Positions 1-9,127 are shown, counted from the stretch's first letter. The stretch is DNA of 25,355 nt from a bacterium (GCA_963663405.2 CAXXSM010000138.1:1-25355); one strand, 5' to 3'. Numbers and translations are program-made. Notes: generated by a model not told the origin, from the letters alone.

Positions 1-310
1 TAGGCCGCTCGATTGGAATCGTCACTTCCTCGCCTGGACCGAGACTGATGACACCTCCGGACGAGATATCGAAGAGGATCTTCTTATACGCGAAAGGTTC
101 ATCAACCCATTCCCGGTACCCATATTTTAATTGATTCAACCAGGGATTGCGGAAGGTCGCGTTGGTGTATTCAAGAAGTGGAACAGGGATCCCCTTCCCA
201 TCGACTTTGATCTCTTTCGCGGTTTCATCAGCGTCTTCTCCAGTTTGGTTTCCACATCCAGAAAGGAGAATTGTGATGGATAGGAATGCAAAAAAAATTT
301 TTAGTTTCAT
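1..310 (-). CDS. Putative lipoprotein of unknown function, 5' part only (runs off the window start); not in the supplied ORF track
   Basis: My translation from ATG at 310: MKLKIFFAFLSITILLSGCGNQTGEDADETAKEIKVDGKGIPVPLLEY..., open to position 1. It has a basic N-terminus, a hydrophobic core and the lipobox LSGC. Confidence 0.8.
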   Translation of the reverse strand, partial: MKLKIFFAFLSITILLSGCGNQTGEDADETAKEIKVDGKGIPVPLLEYTNATFRNPWLNQLKYGYREWVDEPFAYKKILFDISSGGVISLGPGEEVTIPIERP

Positions 311-378
311 GGATACGCCTTTGAATATTTTTTTACTGTAAAATAAAACGCCGATTTTGAGAGAAAAGTTTATTGTAT

Positions 379-406
379 CTGCGGGTGGGACACCCGCGCT
401 CCATTA
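379..406. repeat. REP-like GC-rich palindrome, copy 1 (copy 2 at 18464-18491)
   Basis: ctgcgggtgggacacccgcgctccatta with stem gcgggtg/cacccgc; 23/28 identical to 18464-18491. Confidence 0.65.
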
Positions 407-545
407 CTTATCTAACTATTTAGGCTTGGGAAAGTAACTCATTATTTCTAACGTAGAATAAACCACGCTTTATCGATTCACCGAACAATTTGTAACTTAC
501 TCATTCAGAATCTCCCCATTTATGGGAAGAAAGTAAATCCTCCCC

Positions 546-562
546 CCTTCAGTCTTCAACCT
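546..562 (-). repeat. Heptamer-type short tandem repeat core AGGTTGAAGACTGAAGG (also 4002-4018 and 16146-16162)
   Basis: Identical 17-mer at three intergenic sites, built from 7-nt units GGTTGAA/GACTGAA/GGCTGAA; this copy abuts the stop codon of the sugar-binding gene. Confidence 0.7.
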
Positions 563-563
563 T

Positions 564-1535
564 CTACCTAATCTCCTGTCTTTTCAAATATCCATAATCG
601 ATTACCTCAAGGGGTGTGGGGATATAATCGGGAACCGTTTTCCCATCAAGGTGATCTTTGGCGGCGTGTACTCCATAAGCGCCCATGAGTTCAGGATGCT
701 GCTCGATGGTGGAGTGGATTTTTCCTTCGAGAATCGCTTCCTGCGCGGCTATGATGTTGTCGTAGGAGACAATAACAACCTGCCCGCTTTTCCCGGCGGC
801 GTCGATCGCCCGGACCGCTCCAAGCGCCATACTATCATTGGACGCAAAAAGACCTTTGATATTGGGATGCGCCGTCAGCATATTAGTGAATACATTGTAG
901 GCGTTTTCGGTTTCCCATTCGGCGGTTTGCATGGCGGCGATTTTGATCTGTTTTTCCGCATTGAGCACACGCAGAGCACCCTGTTTACGAAGTTCCGCAT
1001 TGATGACGCCGGGAATGCCTTCAAGAATAGCCACTTCTCCCACACCCCCCATCGCGGCGACGAGGTCGTGCGCGGCCAAAGCGGCGCCAAGGGCGTTGTC
1101 CGATCCAACAAAGGGGCAATTCAATCCGATCTGTTTGCGGATTTTCTCATCCAGTGGATTGTCAATGTTGACGATGTAGATCCCCTGCATCTGTGCGCGA
1201 TACAACGCTGGAACAAGCCCTGTCGAGCTGGCGGGCGCGACGACGAGGGCGTCTACTTGGCGCGTGATAAAATTATCGATGATATTGATCTGTTGGGTTA
1301 CGTCAGTCTCCTTATTGGTCCCCTGAACGAACAATTCCACACCCAGTTTTTCCGCTTCCTCTCTCGCTCCTACCTCCATCGCATGAAAGAATGGATTTGA
1401 TAAGGCTTTCATGACGAGTGCGATTTTGTATTTTTTCGCGGCTCCCCATGTCTCAGATGAGACAGTCAGTGAGACAATCAATGAGACAACGAAGCAGGTT
1501 AACAATACACTTTGATATCTGCGTGTCACAGCCAA
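564..1535 (-). CDS. Sugar ABC transporter substrate-binding protein (RbsB/AlsB-like, periplasmic binding protein type 1)
   Basis: Signal peptide; motifs ALVMKALSNPFF, FVGSDN, GEVAILEGIPG, LFASNDSMALGA, TIEQHPELMG. AGGAGA lies just upstream, so GTG at 1529 may be the real start. Confidence 0.9.
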   Translation of the reverse strand: MAVTRRYQSVLLTCFVVSLIVSLTVSSETWGAAKKYKIALVMKALSNPFFHAMEVGAREEAEKLGVELFVQGTNKETDVTQQINIIDNFITRQVDALVVAPASSTGLVPALYRAQMQGIYIVNIDNPLDEKIRKQIGLNCPFVGSDNALGAALAAHDLVAAMGGVGEVAILEGIPGVINAELRKQGALRVLNAEKQIKIAAMQTAEWETENAYNVFTNMLTAHPNIKGLFASNDSMALGAVRAIDAAGKSGQVVIVSYDNIIAAQEAILEGKIHSTIEQHPELMGAYGVHAAKDHLDGKTVPDYIPTPLEVIDYGYLKRQEIR

Positions 1536-1658
1536 TTCTCCTTTTTCAAATAAAAATTAGTGATGTTTCGATTTTCTAGGATAGAACGAAGCGCAGAGGA
1601 TTTAAAGATTAGGAGAGATAGGAAGAGCAATGAAATGGATGGGGTGATCTTTTTTTTT

Positions 1659-1873
1659 GGCTCAGCCGGTAAGTGAGTACGCAAAGTAAAATATTATTCA
1701 CTTTTCATGGAAAAATGCGTAACAATGTTCGCCCAGCCTTGAAAGGCTGGGCTAGTATATAATGTCCCTCCGGGACAAAAGAAAATAGCCCAGGATTTTA
1801 ATCCTGGGGATAGAGGAATGTGCTTTCTCATTAGGAGTACATTTGCTAATAGTAATCACCTACTGGATGAGCC
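1659..1873. mobile_element. 215-bp MITE-like element with 22-bp imperfect terminal inverted repeats and three internal hairpins
   Basis: Left ggctcagccggtaagtgagtac (1659-1680) matches the reverse complement of 1852-1873 (ggctcatccagtaggtgattac) at 18/22. T runs flank both sides. Internal palindromes lie at 1731-1752, 1763-1777 and 1789-1808. Confidence 0.6.
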
Positions 1874-1899
1874 TTTTTTTCTTGTTTAAGTCCTATTGA

Positions 1900-2551
1900 T
1901 TATTTCTTCTTTTCCTTCTGCATCCAGGTTCCTTTTTCGTCTTTGGGATCTTTTTTGATCTCGTACCAGTATCCTTCTTTTAGTTCTTTCCGGATGACTT
2001 CGGCGAAGGTTTCTCCAACGCGGATCATGTTTTTATCGTTGATCTCGAGATCGTTTCCTTTTAGGATTTCTTTGTACTGAATTTCCCGGTCCGCGTTTTC
2101 TTCTTTGATCAATTTTTTTAGACTGGTTAGTACTTTCAGATCGAGTCCCCTTTGTTTCCCGTATCGCGAGGTATCCATCCATCCCTTCACCCAAAAGACC
2201 GGATTTCATTTCCGGTTCGATCTCTTTATATCGTTTGGTCCGTTGTTTGATTACATTTAGGATGATAGGATTTTTTAGATCGATATTGATATCGTTTTCG
2301 GCAGCGCAGGCGGTTTGGGCGCCGAATGAGAGACAGATGCGGTACATCGACCGCCGTGCAGGGATTTCGGTTGGGAGAAATACTTCTTGCTCCAATCCTT
2401 CCGTTCCCTGACCGGTTCGCACCCGTTTTTCGATCTCTTCGGCGGCTTGTTTAATCTCTGTCGTAGGGAAATATACGTTGACGGTCAAACTGACACAGCT
2501 GGCGAGTAGGAAGACGCCGATAAAAGTAAACCATTTGGACGTGTTTTTCAC
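1900..2551 (-). CDS. YdbL/DUF1318-like lipoprotein, split by one extra base at 2147-2150 (about 216 aa when corrected)
   Basis: Lipobox LASC; TVNVYFP..EIKQAAEEI; GLLGEGMDGYLAIR continues into LKKLIKEENADRE...FAE...GYWYE when one G is removed from GGGG. This joins ORFs 2033..2551 and 1900..2190. Confidence 0.8.
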
Positions 2552-2613
2552 GATCGTTTCTCCCTTATCTTCAATATCTTTAGACTTCGCGTTTTAGAGT
2601 AGAAACCAAGGCA

Positions 2614-2635
2614 GGAGCGGTTAAGAAACCGCTCC
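2614..2635 (-). terminator. Hairpin downstream of tpiA (possible terminator or transcript stabiliser)
   Basis: ggagcggtt-aaga-aaccgctcc, a perfect 9-bp stem; the U-tract is poor. Confidence 0.4.
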
Positions 2636-2702
2636 CACTGTAAATTCATTCTAATGTACTTTAATTTGACGCTGAATTACTTCATTCTATTCAAATTAGG
2701 AT

Positions 2703-3467
2703 TTAGAGAGCGCCTGAATTGTCAATAATACCAACAAAAGCGTCCACGGTCAGGCTGGCGCCTCCGACGAGCGCGCCGTCGATATCCTGTTGGGTGAGAA
2801 GATCGCTGGCGTTTCCGGCTTTCACGCTTCCACCGTATTGGATGCGGACCGTTTGAGCGGTCTCTTCGTCATACATCTCAGCAAGCAATTTCCGCGCGAA
2901 GGCGTGGACCGCTTGCGCGTCATCGGGAGTGGCGGTTTTGCCCGTGCCAATCGCCCAGACCGGCTCATAAGCGATGACCATGCCTTTGACCTGATCGGTG
3001 GTGATTCCAGCGAGTCCACCCCGGAGATGATCTTCTACGACAGCTTCCGTTTTTCCACTGACACGCTCTTCTTCGGTTTCGCCGATGCACAGGATCGGAA
3101 TCAGGCTGTTTTCAAACGCGCATTTCACTTTTTCGTTGATAAACTCATTGGTTTCTTTAAAGATAGTACGCCGTTCTGAGTGGCCCAGGATAACGTATTG
3201 GCAACCGCAGTCTTTCAAAAAGAGGGGTGAAATTTCACCCGTATACGCGCCGTTATCTTTGGGATAGAGGTTCTGTCCTCCCAATCCGATACGAGATCCT
3301 TCGATCGCTTTGCTGACTTCGCGAAGTGACGTAGCCGGTGGGCAGAAAACGAGATCAACCGCTTCCGTCGAGCCGTGTTTGTCCACAATTCCCTTGGCGA
3401 GGCTGACGGCTTCATCCGCCGCGCCCGCGTTCATTTTCCAATTTCCAGCAATAATCAGTTTTCGCAT
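2703..3467 (-). CDS. tpiA: Triosephosphate isomerase
   Basis: IAGNWKMN, GAYTGEIS, VILGHSERR, IAYEPVWAIGTG, YGGSVK, DGALVGGASL. Start set to MRKLIIAG (3467), with GAGGAG upstream. Confidence 0.98.
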   Translation of the reverse strand: MRKLIIAGNWKMNAGAADEAVSLAKGIVDKHGSTEAVDLVFCPPATSLREVSKAIEGSRIGLGGQNLYPKDNGAYTGEISPLFLKDCGCQYVILGHSERRTIFKETNEFINEKVKCAFENSLIPILCIGETEEERVSGKTEAVVEDHLRGGLAGITTDQVKGMVIAYEPVWAIGTGKTATPDDAQAVHAFARKLLAEMYDEETAQTVRIQYGGSVKAGNASDLLTQQDIDGALVGGASLTVDAFVGIIDNSGAL

Positions 3468-3709
3468 GGAATCATTTCTCCTCATAAGATTAGTATTATC
3501 TATAATATGATACCACCGGATAGCAGGACACCCCAGCCCGCCGCTGGTTTGAAATGAGAATAGTTCGCATGAAAATTGTTAGTATTTGATGATCTGATAG
3601 ATCTTCGATAAGGGGAAGCGGAGCAATTCGACGTCAATTATTGTTGTACGGTGGTGTTGTATCCACTTACAAAGGTTTTCTCTTCTGATCTTCATTTTTT
3701 TCTGTTGAC

Positions 3710-3755
3710 AAAAAAATGGATGAGTTGAGAAGAAGGGGGACTACCTCACTCATCC
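3710..3755 (-). terminator. Intrinsic terminator on the minus strand
   Basis: Minus strand GGATGAGTGAG-(15-nt loop)-CTCAACTCATCC-ATTTTTTT: an 11-bp stem with one bulge, followed by U7. Confidence 0.65.
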
Positions 3756-3884
3756 TAGGAGAATAGGAGAACGAATCTCTTTTTTGGTGAATTTTGGGGT
3801 TACACCTTTTTTATAGATTCTTTCGTTCCTCTATATTTTTTACTTTGTTAGTACGGTCTATATTTCTATTTGTAACTTCTTTTT
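3710..3884 (-). ncRNA. Candidate sigma54-dependent small RNA (about 175 nt)
   Basis: Bounded by a -24/-12 promoter motif and an intrinsic terminator; no credible ORF inside; carries two UUCUCCU motifs and a C/U-rich terminator loop. Prediction only. Confidence 0.4.
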
Positions 3885-3894
3885 TCTTTGTAAT

Positions 3895-3910
3895 AGCAAT
3901 TAGCAAGCCA
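3895..3910 (-). promoter_or_regulatory. Putative sigma54 (-24/-12) promoter
   Basis: Minus strand TGGCTT-GCTAA-TTGCT versus consensus TGGCAC-N5-TTGCW, with exact GG-N10-GC spacing. Confidence 0.55.
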
Positions 3911-4001
3911 ATTCAAGATGGCTCCTGATCTTTTTACAAAAAAAGATAACAAAGAATTTGAAAAGTGTCAGAAAAAAAACAAAGTTTTTTTTTAGGGGTT
4001 T

Positions 4002-4027
4002 AGGTTGAAGACTGAAGGCTGAAGGTT
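4002..4027 (+). repeat. Heptamer tandem repeat, copy 2
   Basis: aggttgaagactgaaggctgaaggtt, downstream of ispF on the opposite strand. Confidence 0.7.
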
Positions 4028-4081
4028 CGCTTTGAAGGGAGCGTTCGAGATTTCTTTCGTTTTCTGGTGATTAGATACCTT

Positions 4082-4564
4082 TCATTTTTGAATTAGTAGA
4101 ACTGTTGACGCCGCCAGAAGTCCGTTTGTGACGGGGAAGAGAGCGCCTTCCGTGCGGGTGGCTTTAACGCTTATACAATCATCCTCAATTTTTAGAACAC
4201 GCGCTAACGCGCGGCGCATGGGGAGAATATACGGCGCCAATTTGGGGGCGTCTGTGATGACGATGGAATCCACGTTGCCAACAGTATACTGTTTTTCTTC
4301 GATGAAAATCATCGTCCGCCGCAGCAGATTGAGACTGTCTGCGTCTTTGTATTGGGGATCGGTGTCGGGGAAATGTTGGCCGATGTCTCCTAATGCCAAT
4401 GCGCCCAAAAGCGCATCGATTACACTGTGCGTCAACGCGTCGGCGTCCGAATGTCCCAACAATCCCATATCATGTGGAATCTCCACACCGCCCAAGACAA
4501 GACGGCGTCCTTTTTCCCAGCGGTGAATATCCAGCCCGTATCCGATTCGAAAGGGAGCGTTCAT
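4082..4564 (-). CDS. ispF: 2-C-methyl-D-erythritol 2,4-cyclodiphosphate synthase
   Basis: RIGYGLDIH, LVLGGVEIP, GHSDADAL.H...DALLGA, DIGQHFPDTDP, SVKAT. Confidence 0.97.
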   Translation of the reverse strand: MNAPFRIGYGLDIHRWEKGRRLVLGGVEIPHDMGLLGHSDADALTHSVIDALLGALALGDIGQHFPDTDPQYKDADSLNLLRRTMIFIEEKQYTVGNVDSIVITDAPKLAPYILPMRRALARVLKIEDDCISVKATRTEGALFPVTNGLLAASTVLLIQK

Positions 4565-4583
4565 GGTGAATGAAATCCTCTTC

Positions 4584-6362
4584 TTAATCGCTCGTTTTTT
4601 TCAGTTTACGGCAAGTGAATACAAATAGGAGCGCGCTTCCACTTAAAAAGATCAATATGTGCCCGATGGCATAGAATAGCCAATTTTCACTAAAAAATGC
4701 TTCTATTTCTTGCGGGATCGACACAAGGAGATATAAGGGGCTTAAAAGATTCGTCCATCCTTCCCCCAGGAACGGTTTCCCCCGATATTGATACGCATGC
4801 AGGATCAATGGAACGATAAAATAAACGAGCGCGAAAACATATGTCGCTCCAAGCGATTGATTCACCCGTGGCGCGCGGGCGGAGAAAAACGCGCCTAACA
4901 TAACGAGGAATAATGTCTGCGTGAGAAGAATGGATAGAAAGAACGGGATGTGAACAGCAGGGAATAAACTGAAATTCTGTCTCGATACGACCGTGATAAA
5001 CGCCAAAAGCAGAAATCCAAGCAGAAAAGGTGGGAAAAAGAGCGCTATTGAGCGAATCCCGCATTGATACAACGCTCCCATACATTTTCCAAAGACCAAT
5101 GAACGCAGTGTACAGGCGGTGGTTTGAAGAAGATCCCAGGTTTTATTCTCTCGCTCCCCCGCGAAGAGATCTGCGCTGAAAACCGGCCCCAACTGGGCGA
5201 TTCCCAACAACACGAGTATCGCTACCCAGCGTCCTTCTTGAATCACCGCCAAGGGGAAAAGGAAATGAGAAAAAATAATAACTATATACCAGGAGGGAAC
5301 GGAGAACGGTGGAAGCGAGGCGATGTATCCTAAGCGCTCCCGAATGTAGAAAGGATTCTGCCCGTCCTGGTATCGCCAATAGGAGCCTTGCACAATCGAT
5401 TTTTTCTTACCCGATGGGCTGAGCCGGTACCGGAATGTGGATGGCCTGATCATCTCCCAGGAATACCGTGTTTTCGATTCGAGTTCATTCAATTTTTTGT
5501 GAGACGAATAGAACAACCAGAAGGGAACCACTAAACCAGAGAGAAAATAGAACGCCGCTGTGATTTTAAACACGGTTTCTGGGGATATATTGGGAGTTTT
5601 CCCCCATACATGAAAAAGGAACGCCATGGTTCCCGCGATCACCGCGCCTGCGAAGACAAACGCCGCTGCGCTTACGGAGAACACCATTGCAACAGTGAAT
5701 AGGGTCGACACGGTCGCCCGGTTGATGTTTTTCGCCGAAAGCGCGTGATAGATCGCCGTACAGGCGATGATCAGCGCTAAGTACAGCACGAATAATGGAC
5801 CCAGAACGAGTTCGGTAGGGGAAACTCCTCCCCGCGCTACGCAAACACTGATAATCGGTAATGTGGAAACGATAAGAAGAGCCGCGTAGCCTAGAGTAGA
5901 GATCAATTTCCCCATTAGAATCCGGCTGGGTCCAAGTGGTGTGCTCAATAGAAGCGGCAGTGTGTCTCGTTCCCGTTCCGTGATAATCGACTGGGCTACC
6001 AAACCGGGTAGCATCAGAGAGATCACAATAATCTGTCCACCCAGCATCCAGAAATAGAGGGTCCGCCCTACTGGATTCAAGGGAGAATCCGCCATTTCCC
6101 ACAACATACAGACAATCGACATACACACCGCCAATACGATAAATAAAAGAAAGAACAATCGGCCCCGGCGGAGTGTGCGCACAAACTCATGCAGAACAAT
6201 TGGATTGGTTCCTAAAAATCGAATGGTATCCAGAATCCAAAATAATAGGGATATGATTTTTTTTTGTATGAGGAGGAAAGGATTCTCTTTACGATTCATG
6301 AATGCTTGGATTTCAGGATTGCGGGTTTGCTGGATCGGATTCGAATCAGATTGTTCACTCAT
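4584..6362 (-). CDS. ABC-2-type transporter permease-like membrane protein with two homologous halves
   Basis: Many TM segments; repeated motif ITERERDTLPLLLSTPL...ILMGKL and AGERENKTWDLLQTT...LVFGK; NPIVLHE and NPFYIRE precede each half. Ends 19 bp before ispF. Confidence 0.75.
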   Translation of the reverse strand: MSEQSDSNPIQQTRNPEIQAFMNRKENPFLLIQKKIISLLFWILDTIRFLGTNPIVLHEFVRTLRRGRLFFLLFIVLAVCMSIVCMLWEMADSPLNPVGRTLYFWMLGGQIIVISLMLPGLVAQSIITERERDTLPLLLSTPLGPSRILMGKLISTLGYAALLIVSTLPIISVCVARGGVSPTELVLGPLFVLYLALIIACTAIYHALSAKNINRATVSTLFTVAMVFSVSAAAFVFAGAVIAGTMAFLFHVWGKTPNISPETVFKITAAFYFLSGLVVPFWLFYSSHKKLNELESKTRYSWEMIRPSTFRYRLSPSGKKKSIVQGSYWRYQDGQNPFYIRERLGYIASLPPFSVPSWYIVIIFSHFLFPLAVIQEGRWVAILVLLGIAQLGPVFSADLFAGERENKTWDLLQTTACTLRSLVFGKCMGALYQCGIRSIALFFPPFLLGFLLLAFITVVSRQNFSLFPAVHIPFFLSILLTQTLFLVMLGAFFSARAPRVNQSLGATYVFALVYFIVPLILHAYQYRGKPFLGEGWTNLLSPLYLLVSIPQEIEAFFSENWLFYAIGHILIFLSGSALLFVFTCRKLKKTSD

Positions 6363-6690
6363 ACCGCTATTGTCCTGTATACAAATTTGGATTGATTGAC
6401 CGAACAGTCAAAAAATCGATGCAGGTTCCTTTTTACTGTGCAGGAACCTAGTTCTACTTTTTTCTAAATACAAACGGATGGATGTGAGAAAAAGTTCATG
6501 TTTCAATTATAACGAGATGAAAAAAAGAATCATCCTTTTATAAAATATGGATTTTTTTGGTGATTGGATAGAGTAACCGTGATCGCAATAGGAGGAAATA
6601 GAGGCGCTCATGGGTGTCTAAGTCTAGGAAAAATGGGAGATTGGTTATTTTGTTAGCGCATAAAACAACGAAAAGTATTGTGAGTAGACG

Positions 6691-6726
6691 AAAAAAGGCT
6701 GTCAGGAATCAACCTGCAGCCTTTTT
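6691..6726. terminator. Intrinsic terminator downstream of trxA (symmetric A/T tracts)
   Basis: aaaaaaggctg-t-cagg aatcaa cctg-cagccttttt. Confidence 0.75.
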
Positions 6727-6817
6727 GAATGGAATCATCACTACATAACAGCGCTATCACTATTACGTTGTTTGCGCCGTACTCTTTTTCTGCGTTCAAG
6801 TACTGCGTTTCTGAGAA

Positions 6818-7144
6818 TCAGGATTCGATCGCTTTATCCAGTTCAGCGGCAAGTTCGCTTTTTGCTGTAAAACCGATCCATTGTTTGATCTTCTGTCCGC
6901 CTTTGAAAATCATGATTGTGGGGACGCTCATAATCCCATGTTGACCGGCTAATTCCCGGTTATTATCAACATCAACGGTGGCTACTTTGGCTCGTCCATT
7001 GTATTCATCAGCCAGTTCTTCAACGATCGGCGCAATTTTTTGACATGGGCCACACCACGCGGCGCCAAAATCTACTAATACGGGGATATCCGAATTCATT
7101 ACTTCTGTTTCAAAATTTCCACCTGCGATTTCAATTGCAGCCAT
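6818..7144 (-). CDS. trxA: Thioredoxin (108 aa)
   Basis: PVLVDFGAAWCGPCQKIAP, TVDVD, IMSVPT. Start corrected to MAAIEI (7144), preceded by AAGGAG. Confidence 0.97.
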   Translation of the reverse strand: MAAIEIAGGNFETEVMNSDIPVLVDFGAAWCGPCQKIAPIVEELADEYNGRAKVATVDVDNNRELAGQHGIMSVPTIMIFKGGQKIKQWIGFTAKSELAAELDKAIES

Positions 7145-7303
7145 AACCTTCTCCTTGAAAAGTATATGAAAGAGCACGTTAATAAAAAGTATAGTACGCC
7201 GGTATCTCTCCCGCAAGTAGAAGCGCCTGGATCGACGCAAGCGGGCATGGATTGTGGGAGCGGAATCATGTATGTCAATTGGGATGAATGGAAGAAATGA
7301 CGA

Positions 7304-8356
7304 ATGGGTAAACTGGGACGGTTCATCGATTCTTTTGGGATTGGATTGATCCTGCTTTTTCTCTGTTTTATTTTTTATACGCAATCCGATCTGTTTTTTA
7401 CGACAAATAATTTTACGAATATCCTGATCCAGACGTCGGTGAATATTATCATCGCGACGGGGATGACGTTTGTGATTTCGGCGGCGGAGATCGATCTTTC
7501 GGTCGGATCGTTGTTGGCGTTATGCGGGATGGTCACTGCGTTTATCCTAAAAGTCGATCCCGAAACCGGATTGAATCTCCCCCTAAGTGTAATGAATTCG
7601 ATCGCGGGGCCGATGAATGAAAACTGGCTTTCCCCTTTGCTGTGGCGCTTCATGACGGCGCTGATCTTTCTCTTTTTCGCGATGTTACCCGGTATTCTAT
7701 CCGGCGGATTGGTGGGATTGATCGTCGTTGGATTGGGTGTGCCCAGTTTTATCGTAACGCTGGGATTTATGCTGATCGACCGGGGATTGGCGCGGTATCT
7801 CACCAACGCCGCGCCGGTGACGGGCTTGCCGATTGAGTTTATGACGATCGGTTCCGGTGTCTGGTTTGAATTGTGGGGATTCCGGATCACGTATTCGTCC
7901 ATGATCGCTCTAACCATCGTTGTCATTGGGATTCTCTTACTTAGCCGATGCCGTTTCGGGCGTCATGTTCTTGCGGTGGGAGGGAATGCGCAGGCGGCCT
8001 ACCTGAGCGGTGTTCCTGTCAAGTGGAATCGCTTTCTCGTCTTTGTGGTTTCTGGCGCGTGTGTGTCTATCGCCGCCATTGTACAGACTTCACGCCTCTT
8101 TATGGGCGATCCGAACGCGGGAGAAGGCTATGAATTGGACGCCATCGCCGCCGTGATCATCGGTGGAACCAGCCTCTTTGGGGGGAAGGGAACTGTTCTG
8201 GGAACGCTGTTCGGCGCGTTGATTATTGGCGTTCTTCGAAACGGATTGGATCTGATGGAGGTGACCGATCATATAAAATTGATCGTAATCGGATTCATGA
8301 TCGTTTTCGCCGTGTTTCTCGATTATTTCCGGCGGCAGTTTTCACGGGGATCGTGA
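7304..8356 (+). CDS. Sugar ABC transporter permease (RbsC-like)
   Basis: GMTFVI...IDLSVGS, VPSFIVTLG, FGRHVLAVGGN.QAAYLSGV, GYELDAIAAVIIGGTSLFGGKG. Confidence 0.92.
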   Translation: MGKLGRFIDSFGIGLILLFLCFIFYTQSDLFFTTNNFTNILIQTSVNIIIATGMTFVISAAEIDLSVGSLLALCGMVTAFILKVDPETGLNLPLSVMNSIAGPMNENWLSPLLWRFMTALIFLFFAMLPGILSGGLVGLIVVGLGVPSFIVTLGFMLIDRGLARYLTNAAPVTGLPIEFMTIGSGVWFELWGFRITYSSMIALTIVVIGILLLSRCRFGRHVLAVGGNAQAAYLSGVPVKWNRFLVFVVSGACVSIAAIVQTSRLFMGDPNAGEGYELDAIAAVIIGGTSLFGGKGTVLGTLFGALIIGVLRNGLDLMEVTDHIKLIVIGFMIVFAVFLDYFRRQFSRGS

Positions 8357-8473
8357 AGCGGATTAAGTTTAGTTATTCCCCATCGAAGAAGCGCGATTAT
8401 ACGCTGACATATTTTCGTTCAAAATATTAAGCGATATAGAGATTCTCATTTAATAGGAATCGGTGTATGTTAT

Positions 8474-9127
8474 ATGTACTATTCATCGATTGTTCGGAGG
8501 AAAATAATAAAATCCTACATCTCTACAATCTTTCTCGTTTTTATTTCCTCAAACACATTTTCCCAGAACATCAACACACCGGAGAACTTTTCCGATCCAG
8601 GTTTTAGGAAGGTGGTTGAGGAATTAATGGGCGTGGCGCCAGGGGGGGAATTCACGGCGGCTGAAGCTTCGATAAAAGATGGGACATTGGAATGTAATAT
8701 GCAATTGGTTACGAATGATATGACCGGGATTGAACATTTCCCTGCTTTGACGAGACTCGACTGCTCGTGTAATCAATTAACTAGTCTGGATGTATCCCAC
8801 AATACCGCTTTGGAGTGGCTTGATTGCGCAGAGAATAAATTAACCAGCCTGGATGTCTCCAACAATACCGCTTTAGTGACTCTCTACTGCAGTAACAATC
8901 AATTAACCAGCCTTTCAAGTATTGTTGCCAACGAAGGACTTGGTGAAGGAGACTATGTGGATGTTCGAGACAATTTTATTGGTTGTATTGATTTAGAAGC
9001 GGCTATGATTGATATCCAAATTTTGACAGAGCGATTAGGAAAAGGTGTTTTCCCGGGATTTTCCGGGTTCTTCTACTCGCCCCAGAAAGAATGTGAAACA
9101 GTGGTATCGGATTGGTCATTGCATTGA
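8474..9127 (+). CDS. Secreted leucine-rich-repeat protein, short paralog (2 full 21-aa modules); start uncertain
   Basis: Signal peptide ending TFS-Q; N-cap QNINTPENFSDPGFR; NQLTSLDVS.NTAL..L.C repeats at 8771-8896; C-cap; ends ECETVVSDWSLH. Confidence 0.85.
   Translation: MYYSSIVRRKIIKSYISTIFLVFISSNTFSQNINTPENFSDPGFRKVVEELMGVAPGGEFTAAEASIKDGTLECNMQLVTNDMTGIEHFPALTRLDCSCNQLTSLDVSHNTALEWLDCAENKLTSLDVSNNTALVTLYCSNNQLTSLSSIVANEGLGEGDYVDVRDNFIGCIDLEAAMIDIQILTERLGKGVFPGFSGFFYSPQKECETVVSDWSLH

Noticed and set aside
3670-3754. 28-codon ORF starting within the terminator hairpin (minus strand)
   Set aside because: It has no SD, crosses the terminator and shows no recognisable features.
6423-6449. 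Inverted repeat aggttcct-N11-aggaacct upstream of the ABC-2 permease
   Set aside because: It is a single 8-bp stem with no second copy or identifiable regulator; too weak to call.
7247-7303. In-frame upstream ORF ending in TGA just before the permease (readthrough or selenocysteine)
   Set aside because: The peptide has no permease-like or redox context and no SECIS-like hairpin was evident; a further sequencing indel near the start cannot be excluded.
7145-7384. 80-aa N-terminal extension of thioredoxin
   Set aside because: It overlaps the divergent permease gene, and a strong SD precedes the ATG at 7144 that gives a normal 108-aa protein.
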